Origin: the human T2T-CHM13v2.0 reference genome, Homo sapiens
Assembly (NCBI RefSeq): GCF_009914755.1
Contig: NC_060926.1
Strand: one strand, 5' to 3'
DNA length: 64,000 nucleotides
The translations under genes and the position numbers were made by a program. Below the pieces are notes generated by a model. The model ran no database searches. It was not told where the DNA came from and saw nothing but the letters and a program-made list of their open reading frames with translations. Below are positions 13,771 through 28,395 of the stretch, piece after piece (the stretch's first letter is position 1; each line of letters begins with the position of its first letter).

Positions 13771-15394
13771 TAATGTTTTCCCTTCTGAAATTCAAATAAA
13801 CCTTGCTTCTCCTGAATTCTTCATGAAATGACTCCTCTTTGCTTTTCCCCTTGGCTCACTCAAGCTCATCCCATTTAATTCTGCCAAAGCTCACATTCAA
13901 CATCCCATCTCCCTGTTTTAACACTTCCTAACTCAGATGCTTCAGACCTTTGCGACCTTCAGAACTAAACATTATAACCTACATATGCCATATGAAGGAA
14001 TCAGAGAGAATCTACTAATTTACTCACACCACCACCTTGTTCCAGAAACAATTTAAGAATAAACTGACCTCCTCTGGATGGATGAAATTGTTTCTACATC
14101 TTCATCTGCAATGATACTTATAGGGATAAATACAAATGCAAAAAATTATTGAGCTGTATACTTTAGATTTGTACACTTCACTGTATAGATTCTATACTTC
14201 AATAAACACATAAAAGAAAAAAGAAAAGAATAAGCTAATTCCACCTCCTGGCCTCGAGGGCAGGAGAGTAGGTATAAAGTCTCCAAAGGAGAAGAGAAAA
14301 CATAACATGTGCTATTCTAGGAAACTGAGAATAGCAGTTATATTCCTCTATTATAAAAAGAGGCTGGATAGGTAAAGATTAAAGGAACATGTGTGCATGG
14401 TCCCCAGAATCGATATGTATGTATATAAGCCCTCAGAAAGGAAACCAGAAGAAATAAGCTAAAACAGAAAAAGCCAAAGAAATGAACCAGAACATCAACA
14501 GTTTAGAATGATGTTGCACAGGAGAGTATCTTTCAAAAAATTTTAATACCTATTTTACATTTGAACTTATTATACACATGCATATAAAACTGAAACACAA
14601 ATTTAACGAAACAATTATTACCCTTGCAATTCACAAGCTTTATTCAAAACTTCAATTTCCTTTTATTTCTAGTCTTGGGTGTGACTCCCTAAACTGATCC
14701 AGTAATGGACTGAGATCTAAAGTTCACAAAAAAACACTAGGACATGCCTATCAGAGATTGACCTGAGCAGGAAGATGTTGATAATATCAAAAAAAGCTAC
14801 TCTCTTTTAATTTTATGGCTAAGGGAGAAAAAAATTAGAAGTTTTACTCTACAACAGAGAGTCCATTTTAAAAGCCTTAAAATACAACATCAGAAACGAT
14901 GTTTTTAAGGAATGTTTTAAATTTTCTCATTATATTTTCTATTTAACCACTGTTAAGTCCCAACCCATCTGGGTGTCAGATGTGAGACTCAGTTTGATAT
15001 TGAATGTTCCGTTCAAAAAACCTACCTGCTATGAGATATGCAAAGGTAAGCAAGACATGGTTCTTACCTTCAAAGAGTTTATAATCTACCAAGAAAGAAA
15101 AACACTGAAAAATAACCACACAAGAATTACAAACAGTAATACTATGGGAACACAGAAGAGAGAAAAACTGATTTTAGCCAGAGGATGAGACATGACAAAG
15201 ACTGCATGGAGAAAGAGATGGAGTTTGAACTGGGGAGGGGGCGAGGAGTGGAGACAGAGAGCAGCTGACAGAGAGACTCAGAAAGACAGAGAAGTCTGGT
15301 GAATAGTAGGATGTGGCCATTTAAAAATATCCCCCCACCACCCCATTCTATAAAATACCAGAGCTGCATTCTTAAAACTGTCATGGTGTTCAAC

Positions 15395-15538
15395 AACAAG
15401 GAGAGTTTGAGAAACTATCACAGCCAAGAGGAACCCTAGGGGACATAACAACTCAATGTAATGTAACCTGGGTGAGATCCTGTAACTGAAAAAGGACACT
15501 GGGGAAAACTAAGGAAATCTGAATGAAGTATAGCTTTG
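15395..15538 (+). mobile_element. L1MC/MD 3'-UTR fragment
   Basis: GAGAAACTATCACAGCCAAGAGGAACC...AAAAGGACACTGGGGAAAACTAAGGAAATCTGAAT. Confidence 0.6.
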
Positions 15539-15539
15539 A

Positions 15540-16035
15540 TTGTTTAAAAATGGCCCCCAAATTCTTTGGCTCTCTTCTCATCAAGAGGTGGGATCTATAT
15601 CTCCTTCTCTTTAACGGGGCTCTGTGACAGCTTGACCAACAGAATATGGTGGAAGTGACACTGTAACAGCTTCCAGAACCAGATCTTAAGAAACTGGAAG
15701 CTTCCACTTCCTGTCTTTTGAGACACTTGCTCTTGGAACCCAGCCGCCATGCTATGAGGAAGCTCAAAATAGCCCATGCAGAGAGACCACATGTAGGTGT
15801 TTCAGCTGACAGCCCCAGCTGAGCTCCCAGCCAACAGCCAGCATCAACCGCCAGACATGCGAGTGAATGAGCCTTTGGATGATTCCAGCCCCCAACCTTC
15901 AAGAATTCCCAGCTGAGGCCCCAGACATTGTGGAACAGAGACAAGCTGTCCTTGCTGTGCATGTTCCAAATCCCTGACTCACTAAACTGTGAGCACAATA
16001 AAATGGTTGTCGTTTTATGCCATCAAGTTTGGGAT
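15540..16035 (+). mobile_element. MaLR LTR (MLT1F/G-like)
   Basis: AAAAATGGCCCCCAAATTCTTTG...CAGCCCCAGCTGAGCTCCCAGCCAACAGCCAGCATCAAC...AATAAAATGGTTG. Confidence 0.85.
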
Positions 16036-17514
16036 AATTTATTATGCAGAAAGAGATTGACTGGACCAGCAGGCAGTCTAGTTGGGCTATTGTCAGGAGC
16101 AAAAGAGGACATGGAAAAGAGTCTGAAAGAAGTCGCACCTCATATCTTAAAAGTCAACCTAAGCAGTTTAATATTTCTTGTATCTATATAATGGTGAGCA
16201 GTTGATGGTTGAAAGTCAAGGGAATTACATGATTGGATTAGAAAGATGATTATTAGCAGCAATGAACATGAGGGATTTCCAGCAAGCTCAAAGAAACAGC
16301 TGACGAAGCTACAACAAAAATGAGTGTTGCTGTCATAACTACACACATTTTACAAATGAAGCAGTTTAGAGGGAAAGATAATCTAGAATAATCTGTCATC
16401 TAATCTAGTAGCAAATCCCATTGGCTCTGTCTTCAAAGTATATCCTGATTCCAACCAATCTCTTCTCATACTTTCAAGTCTGGTCCAAGAAATCACTACC
16501 TCTCACCTAGACCAGTACTTACACAACTAAATTACTATCTGTAATGGACCAATACTTTTGTAAAACTCCTTGTTCAATGGGTTGAATCCACTGATCACAG
16601 GTACTGATGGCAATGTCAAATTACCATAACAGTCTCTAAACACTATCTTAATTTCTGTACCTATCACATTATCAAAAGAAACAAACAGTTCGTTGGACAA
16701 GCACTATGTACTATTGTTTCAAACTCTCTATCAATATCAATCTTCAAAATTTGCAGGGAAAAAATTGGAATTTCTGAAATTATAAATTATTTTTTAAATA
16801 CTTCCAATAGTGTTCATTCACTATTATAAACTTTTTAAATTGTTTAATAAAAAATGTGAAGTATAGTAGTATATATCAAAACTGTAGCTTACAGAAAATA
16901 TCCAAACACTAGGAAATGCCTACAAACATTATTGTATAGTATTTGAATAAGCTAGCAAGTTTAGCAGTACTACACAGAATCACGCATCGAAACTGTCAAT
17001 TTAAGAACTTACTTTGCTTCCAAACCTCATTATCTTTTGGCACACTACACATAGGCTTTTATTAAAAATATTCTACACATAGATTTATTAATATTTACTT
17101 TATTTGCAATAATGACTCATTGTTAGCAGGAGACAGGGGCCAGGAACATACACGGATAACCTGGCAACAGCCAACAAGCAAGTGTAACTAGTTAAATTGT
17201 GGCCACTTTCCTGCTCCTCTCTCCATTCCTGGAATAGTCAACCTTAACCTCCTACCCAGGTGTCAGTGTTTCCTGTTCTGGCTTTCAACTTGAAATCAGC
17301 AGATTCTTTAAACCAGTAACATTTCTATGTTGACTGTGGCTAGTAGCTACCTTACTGGACAATGCAAGCATAGAGAATCTTAAAAGATGCGATTGAAAAA
17401 GAGAAGAAAAGCAACCTCAGAAAATTCCAAAACTTGGAGAAAAGAGGTCAGCAAAGAATGAAGTCAGAAAGGAACAAGTAATCACTAGATGCTTCAGAAA
17501 AATTAAAATGAGAA

Positions 17515-17908
<394 letters not shown>

Positions 17909-18053
17909 CTAATAGTAAGAACAAATCATACAAGATTAACCCAGTTTCCTTTTCTCGTTAAGATTCCTAAGCTGGCAGTTCAAGGGAACATATACATCTA
18001 GACTTGACAACATCTCTTATGAAATATTTGTGATCAAGATAAATAAAAAGTCA

Positions 18054-18404
<351 letters not shown>

Positions 18405-19261
18405 TTAACAGATCCATCTTAACTTAACAGATCTATCTTAACAGATTAGACAGATCTGTTAAGTTACTACATTCAAAGGGTGCTATTTCAAAAAACCCAT
18501 ATCTTCCCTAAAATGATAGAAATGGAATCCAATGCAAACTGCTATGGGCAGGACCTAGCAAACGGAAAGTTAACTTAAGGTAAATTTAAGATCCCATATG
18601 CAGTAAAGAGAATAAAAGACAAGGGTATAAGCAGACAAGGAGAGGTTGAGGAAGACAGGACCTAGCAGTACCATCTATGGAAAAAAACTGAGATTTCTGT
18701 GGGTGATCAACTCTTCAAGTAAAACCAAGTGGCCACCTGAAATATAGCAGTTTGAGCTGCATAATACAAGCATGGAAGTCAAAAAATCAGGAGAGAAAAC
18801 CCAGTCAGGAATATTGCAATCAGCTCTAGAAACCAATTTTTAAAGACTCAATCAAACAGAAGTATGAGCAACAAGGCAGGCAGGATGGTGACGACCAGTG
18901 GAAGCTATGGAGACATTCTTAGAAAAAAGATATTAGGGGTGAATATGACAGCTCTAATCACATAAAAATACTATTATACTCTATATTCTGTATAGCTGAA
19001 AAGAACTGTGATCAAAGGATAAATAGAAGCTACATTTATTATAGGCCAAAAAACCCTCTGTCAGTCAGATTACTCCAAAGGCAGAGTGGGCTCCTAGTAG
19101 ATATCGCATCCCCTAACTTTGTAGAATTTCAGTGAAGGCTGAGGATTCACTCAGAGGGTAAAATGCAGAGCAACTGCAGGTAATGGAGAGATGGGCTAAA
19201 TAACTCTTCCCAATCTTGTGACCCTACCACTAAAAAGAGGACTCCTGAGAGGGAGACAGAG

Positions 19262-19263
<2 letters not shown>

Positions 19264-19305
<42 letters not shown>
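19264..19305. repeat. (AC)21 microsatellite
   Basis: Direct reading. Confidence 0.97.
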
Positions 19306-19306
<1 letters not shown>

Positions 19307-19507
19307 ACCACCACCCCCACCCCACCCGCCCAGTCCTGGCATTTGGTAGGCACTTCCGAAACATGTAATACATGGGAGCAATGTAAGATTATTATGTTCT
19401 GAAGAAGACTACAGGCTGAAGAGGCAAGAGCATTGAATGTGGATTCATTTTTTAAAATGCTTCCTCAGGAAGGGGCTTATGAGAGGTATAGGCATCAAAA
19501 CACTTTA

Positions 19508-19924
<417 letters not shown>

Positions 19925-20581
19925 GAGCAAGACCTTGGAAAAAGAAAGGGAAACTAGACTCAAATATCAGGCACAAGTTAAGTGCTGCATAAAATGTTGA
20001 AGACAGATCTTCAGACATAAAAACAAAACTATGAAAAATATTATTTTAAATAGTTATTCAAACATACACAAGATAGGTACCAATTTTATCACAAACATCA
20101 TCTGCCATAGTTATATGATCCTCTAAATGGTATTAATTCCCACAGAACTCCTAAAACCATCCACAGAAGATTCCTTTAAAACAATATAAATGTCATAGTA
20201 TCAAAATTAGATAAAGCAGAGGGCTGTCGAACAGATTTAACACTCAGGCACTAGGTACTGAGAGTTCAGCTGTACCAACCTGCTGACCGGAAAACAATGA
20301 AAAGACCCAAAGCCTCTATAGTAAAGGGCATCAGTGGATTACTTTAATAAAAGGTAGGATGTGGAGATGTTCAAGGGAGAAAATTCTCTCATAAAACTTA
20401 TTGTAGCTAGTAATATCCTAACAATAAGATCTCAAAACTAGAAGTTCAGTTAAATAACGACTTGTTCCATGCCCAAATATTTTTAAATCAAAATAGAGTA
20501 GCCAAATTATTGCTACTTACTTGAATTACTATAATATCCTTCCTGTTCCTAGTTTCACAATTACCCAAAAAATAAATAGAT

Positions 20582-20946
20582 TGTATTAGTCTACTCAGGC
20601 TGCCATAATAAAACATCATAGATTGGGTGGCTTAAACAGAAATTTACTTTCCCACAGTTCTAGAGGCTAGAAGTCCAAGATCAGGATGCCTAGTGTCAGG
20701 TTCTAGTGAGGGTCCTCTTCCTGGCTAACAGGGGCAGCCTTCTTGCTGTGTCCTCATGTGGAAAGAGATAGCAAGTTCTCTGATATCTCTTCTTACAAGC
20801 TGACTAATCCCATCAGGAAGGTCCCGCCTTCATGACCTCACCTAAAGCTAATTACCTCCCAAAGACCTCATCTCCAAATAGCATCACACTGAGGGTCAGG
20901 GTTTCAGCACATCAATTGGGAAGGACAAAATTCAGTCTAAAGCTCA
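20582..20946 (-). mobile_element. MaLR solo LTR (MLT1A-like), sense to ACVR1
   Basis: TGTATTAGTCTACTCAGGCTGCCATAA...CACAGTTCTAGAGGCTAGAAGTCCAAGATCAGG (reverse MLT1A). Confidence 0.85.
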
Positions 20947-20999
20947 GATGAATAGACACCATTGAAAAAGAACCTTCTTAAAGCTGCTGCTCATAACCG

Positions 21000-21585
21000 T
21001 TCCAAAATCCAAATCTAATCTGATCCTTTTCCTCCCTAAAATCCAATAGCTAGCATATTTCAGGATAAGACCTGAATTGTTTAGGAAGCAATAAGTAGTC
21101 TTCATGACATAGCCATTACCCACCTCTCCAGCCTTATGTCACATCAATTCCCACAGGCACCCTAAGCTACAGTTCAACTAAACTACCTGCATTCCCAGCT
21201 GGTACTATGCTCTTCTTATGCCTTCTATCTTTACAATGAAGTTTCCCTATGCTAAAATGCCCTTCCTCTACATTACCAGGCTAACTTCTACTTATTCTTC
21301 AAGTCCTCACTTAATATCTTCCAGGGTCAGAAGCTTCCCTACATCCTTCTCCCTAACGCAGGTTAAGTTTCCCCCTCTGGGTCACTGCTGTACATTGTGC
21401 ACACCCGCATTTGCCAAGCTGTACTGTAATCACTGATTTACGTGTTCCTTTTACTAAGCCATGAATTCTCTTGAAGCCAGGAATAGCACCTTTGGTCTCA
21501 GTGTCACCAACACATAATCAACACAGAGCCTAGCACATAGTTAGTATTCAAAAAATTTCAACAAATAAAAAAGCATGAATCAATC
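21000..21585. mobile_element. L2 fragment
   Basis: L2 3'-end motif CACAGAGCCTAGCACATAGTTAGTATTCAAAAAAT preceded by pyrimidine-rich L2-like sequence. Confidence 0.6.
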
Positions 21586-21841
21586 AGACCCTAAAGGAGT
21601 AAAAAAAAAAAAAAAAAAGAAGCATTTTTTTCTTCCTAACATTTCATACCTATCTTCCACACACATATTTCTAGCTAGTTATCTCTCTTGATTTGCACAA
21701 AGACTTGGTGATTATTTGATACCCAGCAAAATGGAACACAACATAAAAACATCACTGAAAGATCAAGAACAGAGATAGAGGAAGACAATGACAGTGTTCT
21801 GCCATCACACTGGCAAATCCAAAATGAAAAAAGAGTGTATC

Positions 21842-22483
<642 letters not shown>

Positions 22484-22534
22484 TTACAGGCTAGTACACT
22501 GACTTTTAGCATTTTTCAAAAATGCCAACGAACT

Positions 22535-22668
22535 GGCCAGGCACAGTGGCTGACGCCTGTAATCTCAGCTCTTTGGGAGGCCAAGGAGGGCAGACTGCTT
22601 TGAGCTTAGGAGTTTGGGACCAGCCTGGGCAACATGGTGAAACCTCGTCTCTTAAAAAAAAAAAAAAA

Positions 22669-22757
<89 letters not shown>

Positions 22758-22883
22758 CCGGACGTGGTGGCTTTCATCTGTGGTCCCAGCTATTCAGGAG
22801 GCTGACATGGGAGGATCACTTTAGCCCAAAAAGTGGAGGTTGTGAGCCAAGATCGCGCCACTGTACTCCAGACTGGGCAACAG
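22535..22883 (+). mobile_element. AluJ with microsatellite-expanded linker, 3'-truncated
   Basis: Left arm, A17(GT)20(AT)5(AC)14, right arm ending at CTGGGCAACAG with no tail. Confidence 0.9.
22671..22748. repeat. (GT)20(AT)5(AC)14 compound palindromic microsatellite
   Basis: Direct reading. Confidence 0.97.
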
Positions 22884-23070
22884 TCCATGCCAATGTCAAT
22901 GAACAACTGATGAGTCCTCACAAAGGAAAACTCTGTCCCATTTGAATTACAGATGGCATTTTTAGGTTTTAAATCAAAGCACCTTCCCTAGAAGAATAAC
23001 TCACTTGTGCCCCCCTCATCAGAAGTGCCAATGTTATACAAAGAGTCAGCAACACCGTGAGTGGTCTTGA

Positions 23071-23130
23071 GGGGGAAGAGCTTTATAAACTGTAAAGTCT
23101 GGGGGAAGAGCTTTATAAACTGTAAAGTCT
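23071..23130. repeat. Perfect 2x30-bp tandem duplication
   Basis: GGGGGAAGAGCTTTATAAACTGTAAAGTCT twice. Confidence 0.98.
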
Positions 23131-24319
23131 GCCTCAAATGCCAGTGGTCATTACTGTCTGAATTATACTTGCAGGGTCAATGGTCCTTCAGCAAAAGGGT
23201 GGCTGCATCGAGTGGTGGGAAATGACTTGATGTTTTGTCTGACTCATACTTTTTTTTCCTCCCAAGAGGAACATGCTCCTCATGCTACATTTTCTGATGA
23301 CCAAACATTAACTCATCCGCCTAAATCTCTTCAATGACTAAAAAGTTCCTCGCATCATCATGAAATAGTAGCTTGAAATTTTAATGTAAACACAAGGAAT
23401 CAAATGCTTATTCCTCTTCCTCAACCTATGACACCCCAAAAACTTAAAAAAAAAAATACATTTCAGTGTAGTCTGAAGTACAGATTCTTTGACAAGACTC
23501 TACGAGACAGATTATATCCTCCCAGCCCTTAGTAGAGGTAGAAAAAAAGTGCTATAATGTGCTTTTTTCCTGTGGCTATAATTAAAGTTGAAAAAAGCCT
23601 TCAGTTCCCCCACTAAGATATCATCAGCTCTGCATTACTCCAATCTCATCCTCATATCCGTGCGGTCTGCTGTCTTAAAAGTGCCTCCACCTATTTCCAG
23701 TTTCCCCTGAGCAACTCCTGCCTGCTTTCAACTATTCACTCACTCAAAACTTCTCATCTCTTGTCCTAAAACTTGCTGATCCCAGTTCTGTATTCTCTTT
23801 CATCATTCTCCTTCCCCAAATCCTAGTGCCATATCTATAATGACTCATGGGAAAGATCATTACAAAAAATTAAAACTTGTCAGTGGCCCATTGTGATAAA
23901 TGTGGAGAATGTTTAACACAAAACAACACCTCCCTCAATTCAAACTAACAAGTATTTATTGAGTGCCTGTGGTGTGCCCCGTGGTGGTTACAAAACATCA
24001 TCTTTACTGGACTTGAGCTTTGTTACAGGGGCTAGTTCATTTTCAGGTCCTTCCATGCACATACAGAGAAGGGTCCCTTTGAAGTCCAGAGAGGTTTGGG
24101 CCGCTTCCACTATAGATGATTTCTGGTATCAAAAAATATTTTTTAAATGTAAAAATAGGATGACAAAAATTGTGTATGTTTTAAATATTTACAAAACATG
24201 CCAAGCAATACTATTGGGCTGGTCTCAAGATAATTACATGGTCCGATACTGAGACGCAAGTTCAAGGTTACATGATCCATGCTACCTTCTTTCAATCCTG
24301 TTGAAAATATACAATCCTG

Positions 24320-24672
<353 letters not shown>

Positions 24673-25845
24673 TCAAGACAATGTGAAGTCCTTGTGTGTG
24701 GTAAAGCTTGGACCAAAGGGCTCTCCTACCCATCTCCGACACCCACGGTCTCAACAATGAACACATGGTCCCCGTCCTCAAGGAAATTATAAACTAATTG
24801 GAAAAAAAAAAAAAGAAGAAGATACCCTTCCCCCGTCTTCCTCCACCATAAGGAAGAAATACTGTACCAGAGAGACCAGAATTGCACCCTGGATCCATCA
24901 CTAAATCATTCATCATCAGCAGGTCCTCCTTAATATATTTAAACCTCAAAGGCTTTTTTCTCCCTGTAAAATAAAATAATATCATTTTCTGCCCTGCCTC
25001 CGTACAAGGTTATTAAGAGGATCATGTAAAATGCAGTGTTGCTTTGGTAAACTACAAAGCCCTCCAGAAATGTGTACCACATATAGACAAAGGCTGAATA
25101 CTTAATCACAAGCAGCCTTGTCAGCACCGTAAGAAATCCTAATGACATTTATAAGAATATCAATTCAGAAATTGAGATTGTTGTGTCTAGAGAATAACAG
25201 AGCAAACTTTAGGGAAGATGGAGAGAAAAGGTGAGTAGTTATGATTTCAAAATAAAGGGATTTTATGGAGCCCCAGGTAACTCTGGCACTTTTTCTGTGA
25301 ATGTGTGAATGCTCCTTGTAATTTTTTCTTCCTTGTTGACATAACTTCCATGAGTAACCAGAAGATGACTACTCCCCAAACAAACCCATATTTATTCCCT
25401 AAGGTCCCACACTATGCCAGGCTTTTTCGTCAGTAAAAACTTAAAAAAAAAAAAGTCACTCGATCTAGTGGTCTCCTCCCTCTCAACCCACTAAAAGTTG
25501 GTTTCCTCCTTTATGCTAAACTTACGAACACTACTAATGATGACTAACTTACCAACAAAATGCCCTCTTGAGCTCTTCTCTTACTGGGTTCTCAGGGCTA
25601 CCTGGGAGGAGCCTTCCCTTCCTCTCTATGGCGATAGGAGCCTCTCTTCAGTGTTCCTCCTACCTCTCAGGCTGTTCCCAGACTCTTCTCTCAAGGTCCT
25701 TCTCCAAGAACTCATCCCTTGGACCAAGGTGACAGATCCACCCTCTCCCCTTTCTCTCAGGAAATTCTGATCCCCACTTGAACTTTACCGCCTCCTGTAC
25801 CAGGAAGCAGAGGCTCTCATCTGTATCTAGCCCTTTCCTCTCTAA

Positions 25846-26320
<475 letters not shown>

Positions 26321-26433
26321 CTGTTTTTCTTCTGACAACTCACCAGACAGCTCTACTTGGACATCCCAAGTCCTCTCAAATACAGCCTGTCACCTTACTG
26401 CATTCCCCACACCTTCCTGTTCTGTTATGTGAT

Positions 26434-26978
26434 TGTCAGAGGCATTTGAATCAGAGCAACTCCATCTTGAATAGGGGCTGAGTAAAATAAGGCTGAGACC
26501 TACTGGGCTGCATTCCGAGACAGTTAGGCATTCTAAGTCACAGGATGAAATAGGAGGTCGGCACAAGATGCGGGTCATAAAGACCTCACTGATAAAACAG
26601 GTTGCGGTAAAGAAGCCAGCCAAAACTCACCAAAACCAAGATGGTGACGAGAGTGACCTCTGGTCGTCCTCACTGCTATGCTCCCACCAGCGCCATGACA
26701 GTTTACAAATGCCACGGCAATGTCAGGAAGTTATCCTATATGGTCTAAAAAGGGGAGACATCAATAATCCACCCCTTGTTTAAAAAATAATTCGGAAATA
26801 ACCATAAAAATGGGCAACCAGCAGCCCTTGGGGGGCTATGCCTATGGAGGAGCCATTCTTCCTTTACTTTCTTAATAAACTTGCTTCACTTTACTCTATG
26901 GACTCGCCTCCAATTTTTTCTTGCGCGAGTCCAAGAATCCTCTCTTGGGGTCTGGATTGGGACCCCTTTCCAGTAACA
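26434..26978 (+). mobile_element. MER41A solo LTR (ERV1)
   Basis: TGTCAGAGGCATTTGAATCAGAGCAACTCCATCTTGAATAGGGG...GGACCCCTTTCCAGTAACA; 4-bp TSD TGAT; lacks the tandem GAS segment of MER41B. Confidence 0.92.
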
Positions 26979-27359
26979 TGATCATCATCTACCCCCAGAT
27001 TGCCTGCAGTTATCAGATTCTCCTTTTCCTACTCTATTCCACCCTACAGATCAGATCAATCACCACATCTCATGGGCTCAGACTCCCAAACAGCCCTGAA
27101 ATCTGCAATATCCTTTCCAGCCACACCACTCACCAAATAAGTTCCAGCCCCCTAATTTGTGCCCACACTTCGATTATCCCCCTAAGTGTTTCCCAAAGTG
27201 TGGAACATGTACAACTGGTGGTCGCCTCACATGCTGCTAGGTGATTCTTCAACTTTTTTTTCTTTTTAATGGTCGTTTTTTGTATTATAGATTATACTTA
27301 AGAAATAAATTCTTAAGTAGCATCTCAAGACTACATTTCCACAGGTATAATTGCTTTGA

Positions 27360-27535
27360 ACAAACTTTCATGACGTTTGAATAACCTGAGGACCTTTTGA
27401 AAAGTCTACCCCATACTCCAAGGGCCAATACATACCCCAGACCAATTAAATCACAACCTCATGAGGTGGGCACAGGCTCAGGTCTAGAAACTCCCCAGGT
27501 GCTTCCAATGCAGACAAGTTTGGGGACCAGTCCAT
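27360..27535. mobile_element. MER5A-like DNA transposon fossil
   Basis: CCCCAGACCAATTAAATCA...CTCCCCAGGTGCTTCCAATGCAGACAAGTTTGGGGACCA. Confidence 0.6.
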
Positions 27536-27629
27536 GAAAATGAGACTGAAACAGGAATTGAAGGAAAGAAGGCTGAGCCCACCTAAAGAAAATAAAGCAA
27601 ATAGTAATATATGTGGTAAACTGCTAGGA

Positions 27630-27734
27630 AGGGTACCCACCAACTCCACCCCAATTTGCCCACTTCGGCAGTGAAAGTCTGGCATCCCAGGATATCCCTC
27701 AGTCTCCGCTAAACCCGGACAGTCAGTCACCCTA
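27630..27734. mobile_element. hAT-Blackjack MITE (MER94/MER81-like)
   Basis: AGGGTACCCACC...CCGGACAGTCAGTCACCCTA terminal inverted repeats. Confidence 0.55.
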
Positions 27735-28239
27735 CTCAGGTAAGGCAAAGTGTCTAAGGTTTAGGAAGCAGCGCTGGCATTCTCCAAAATGTGTTCAGCA
27801 GAATGCTACCCACCACCCCTAGGGTATTAACAGCTGTGAGGCTACAAAGACTTCCACTGTGGAACAAATGTGGAACACCCTAGGGATATTCCAGGATAAG
27901 TGGTTAAGCTAATGGTTTTCTTCAAAGCCAATTTCTCAAAACTTTCAATTTACTATGATACTTTACATTGTCCAAGAGAAGAATATAATATCCTGCATTT
28001 TTCAAACTTATTTGAGGACCTTTTTTGGTGAAGCACCTTATACACAATTAAGGTTTCAAGAAAGCTTCTTGGCAGATGCTGCTCTACATATACTTCCAGA
28101 CAATTTTTAGAAAATATAAATCTAATAATGTCACTTCTTCATTATCAACTTTTTGCTAGAAAAAAAAAAATCCAATCTCCTTTGCAGGTGGTCGACTTTC
28201 CAAGCTCTCCCATCCTTTACCCCTTCCTACGCTCAAGTC

Positions 28240-28395
28240 CAATGTTTCTCAAACTTTTAGAAGCATTCAGATCACTGGGGGATACTGCTGCAAAGCTGAT
28301 TCTGATCCAGCAGGATTTGAGGTAAGCCTGAGACTCTGTGTTTCTATTGATGCCATCACTGCTGACCCAAGGACCACACGCTGAGTAGCAAGGTT
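28240..28395. mobile_element. MER5B-like DNA transposon fossil
   Basis: TTTCTCAAACTT...GATTCTGATCCAGCAGG...GGACCACACGCTGAGTAGCAAGG. Confidence 0.7.

Noticed and set aside
15453-15998. 181-aa minus-strand ORF
   Set aside because: It lies almost entirely within an MLT1 LTR and an L1 fragment; chance ORF.
22907-22945. Hammerhead-ribozyme-like CTGATGAGTCCT-CACAA-AGGA-AAAC-TCT-GTC
   Set aside because: CUGAUGA and a TCCT/AGGA stem are present, but the C-G needed for the G10.1-C11.1 pair and GAAA core is missing, and no stem I forms after the GUC. An Infernal search with Rfam hammerhead models would settle it; I expect no hit.
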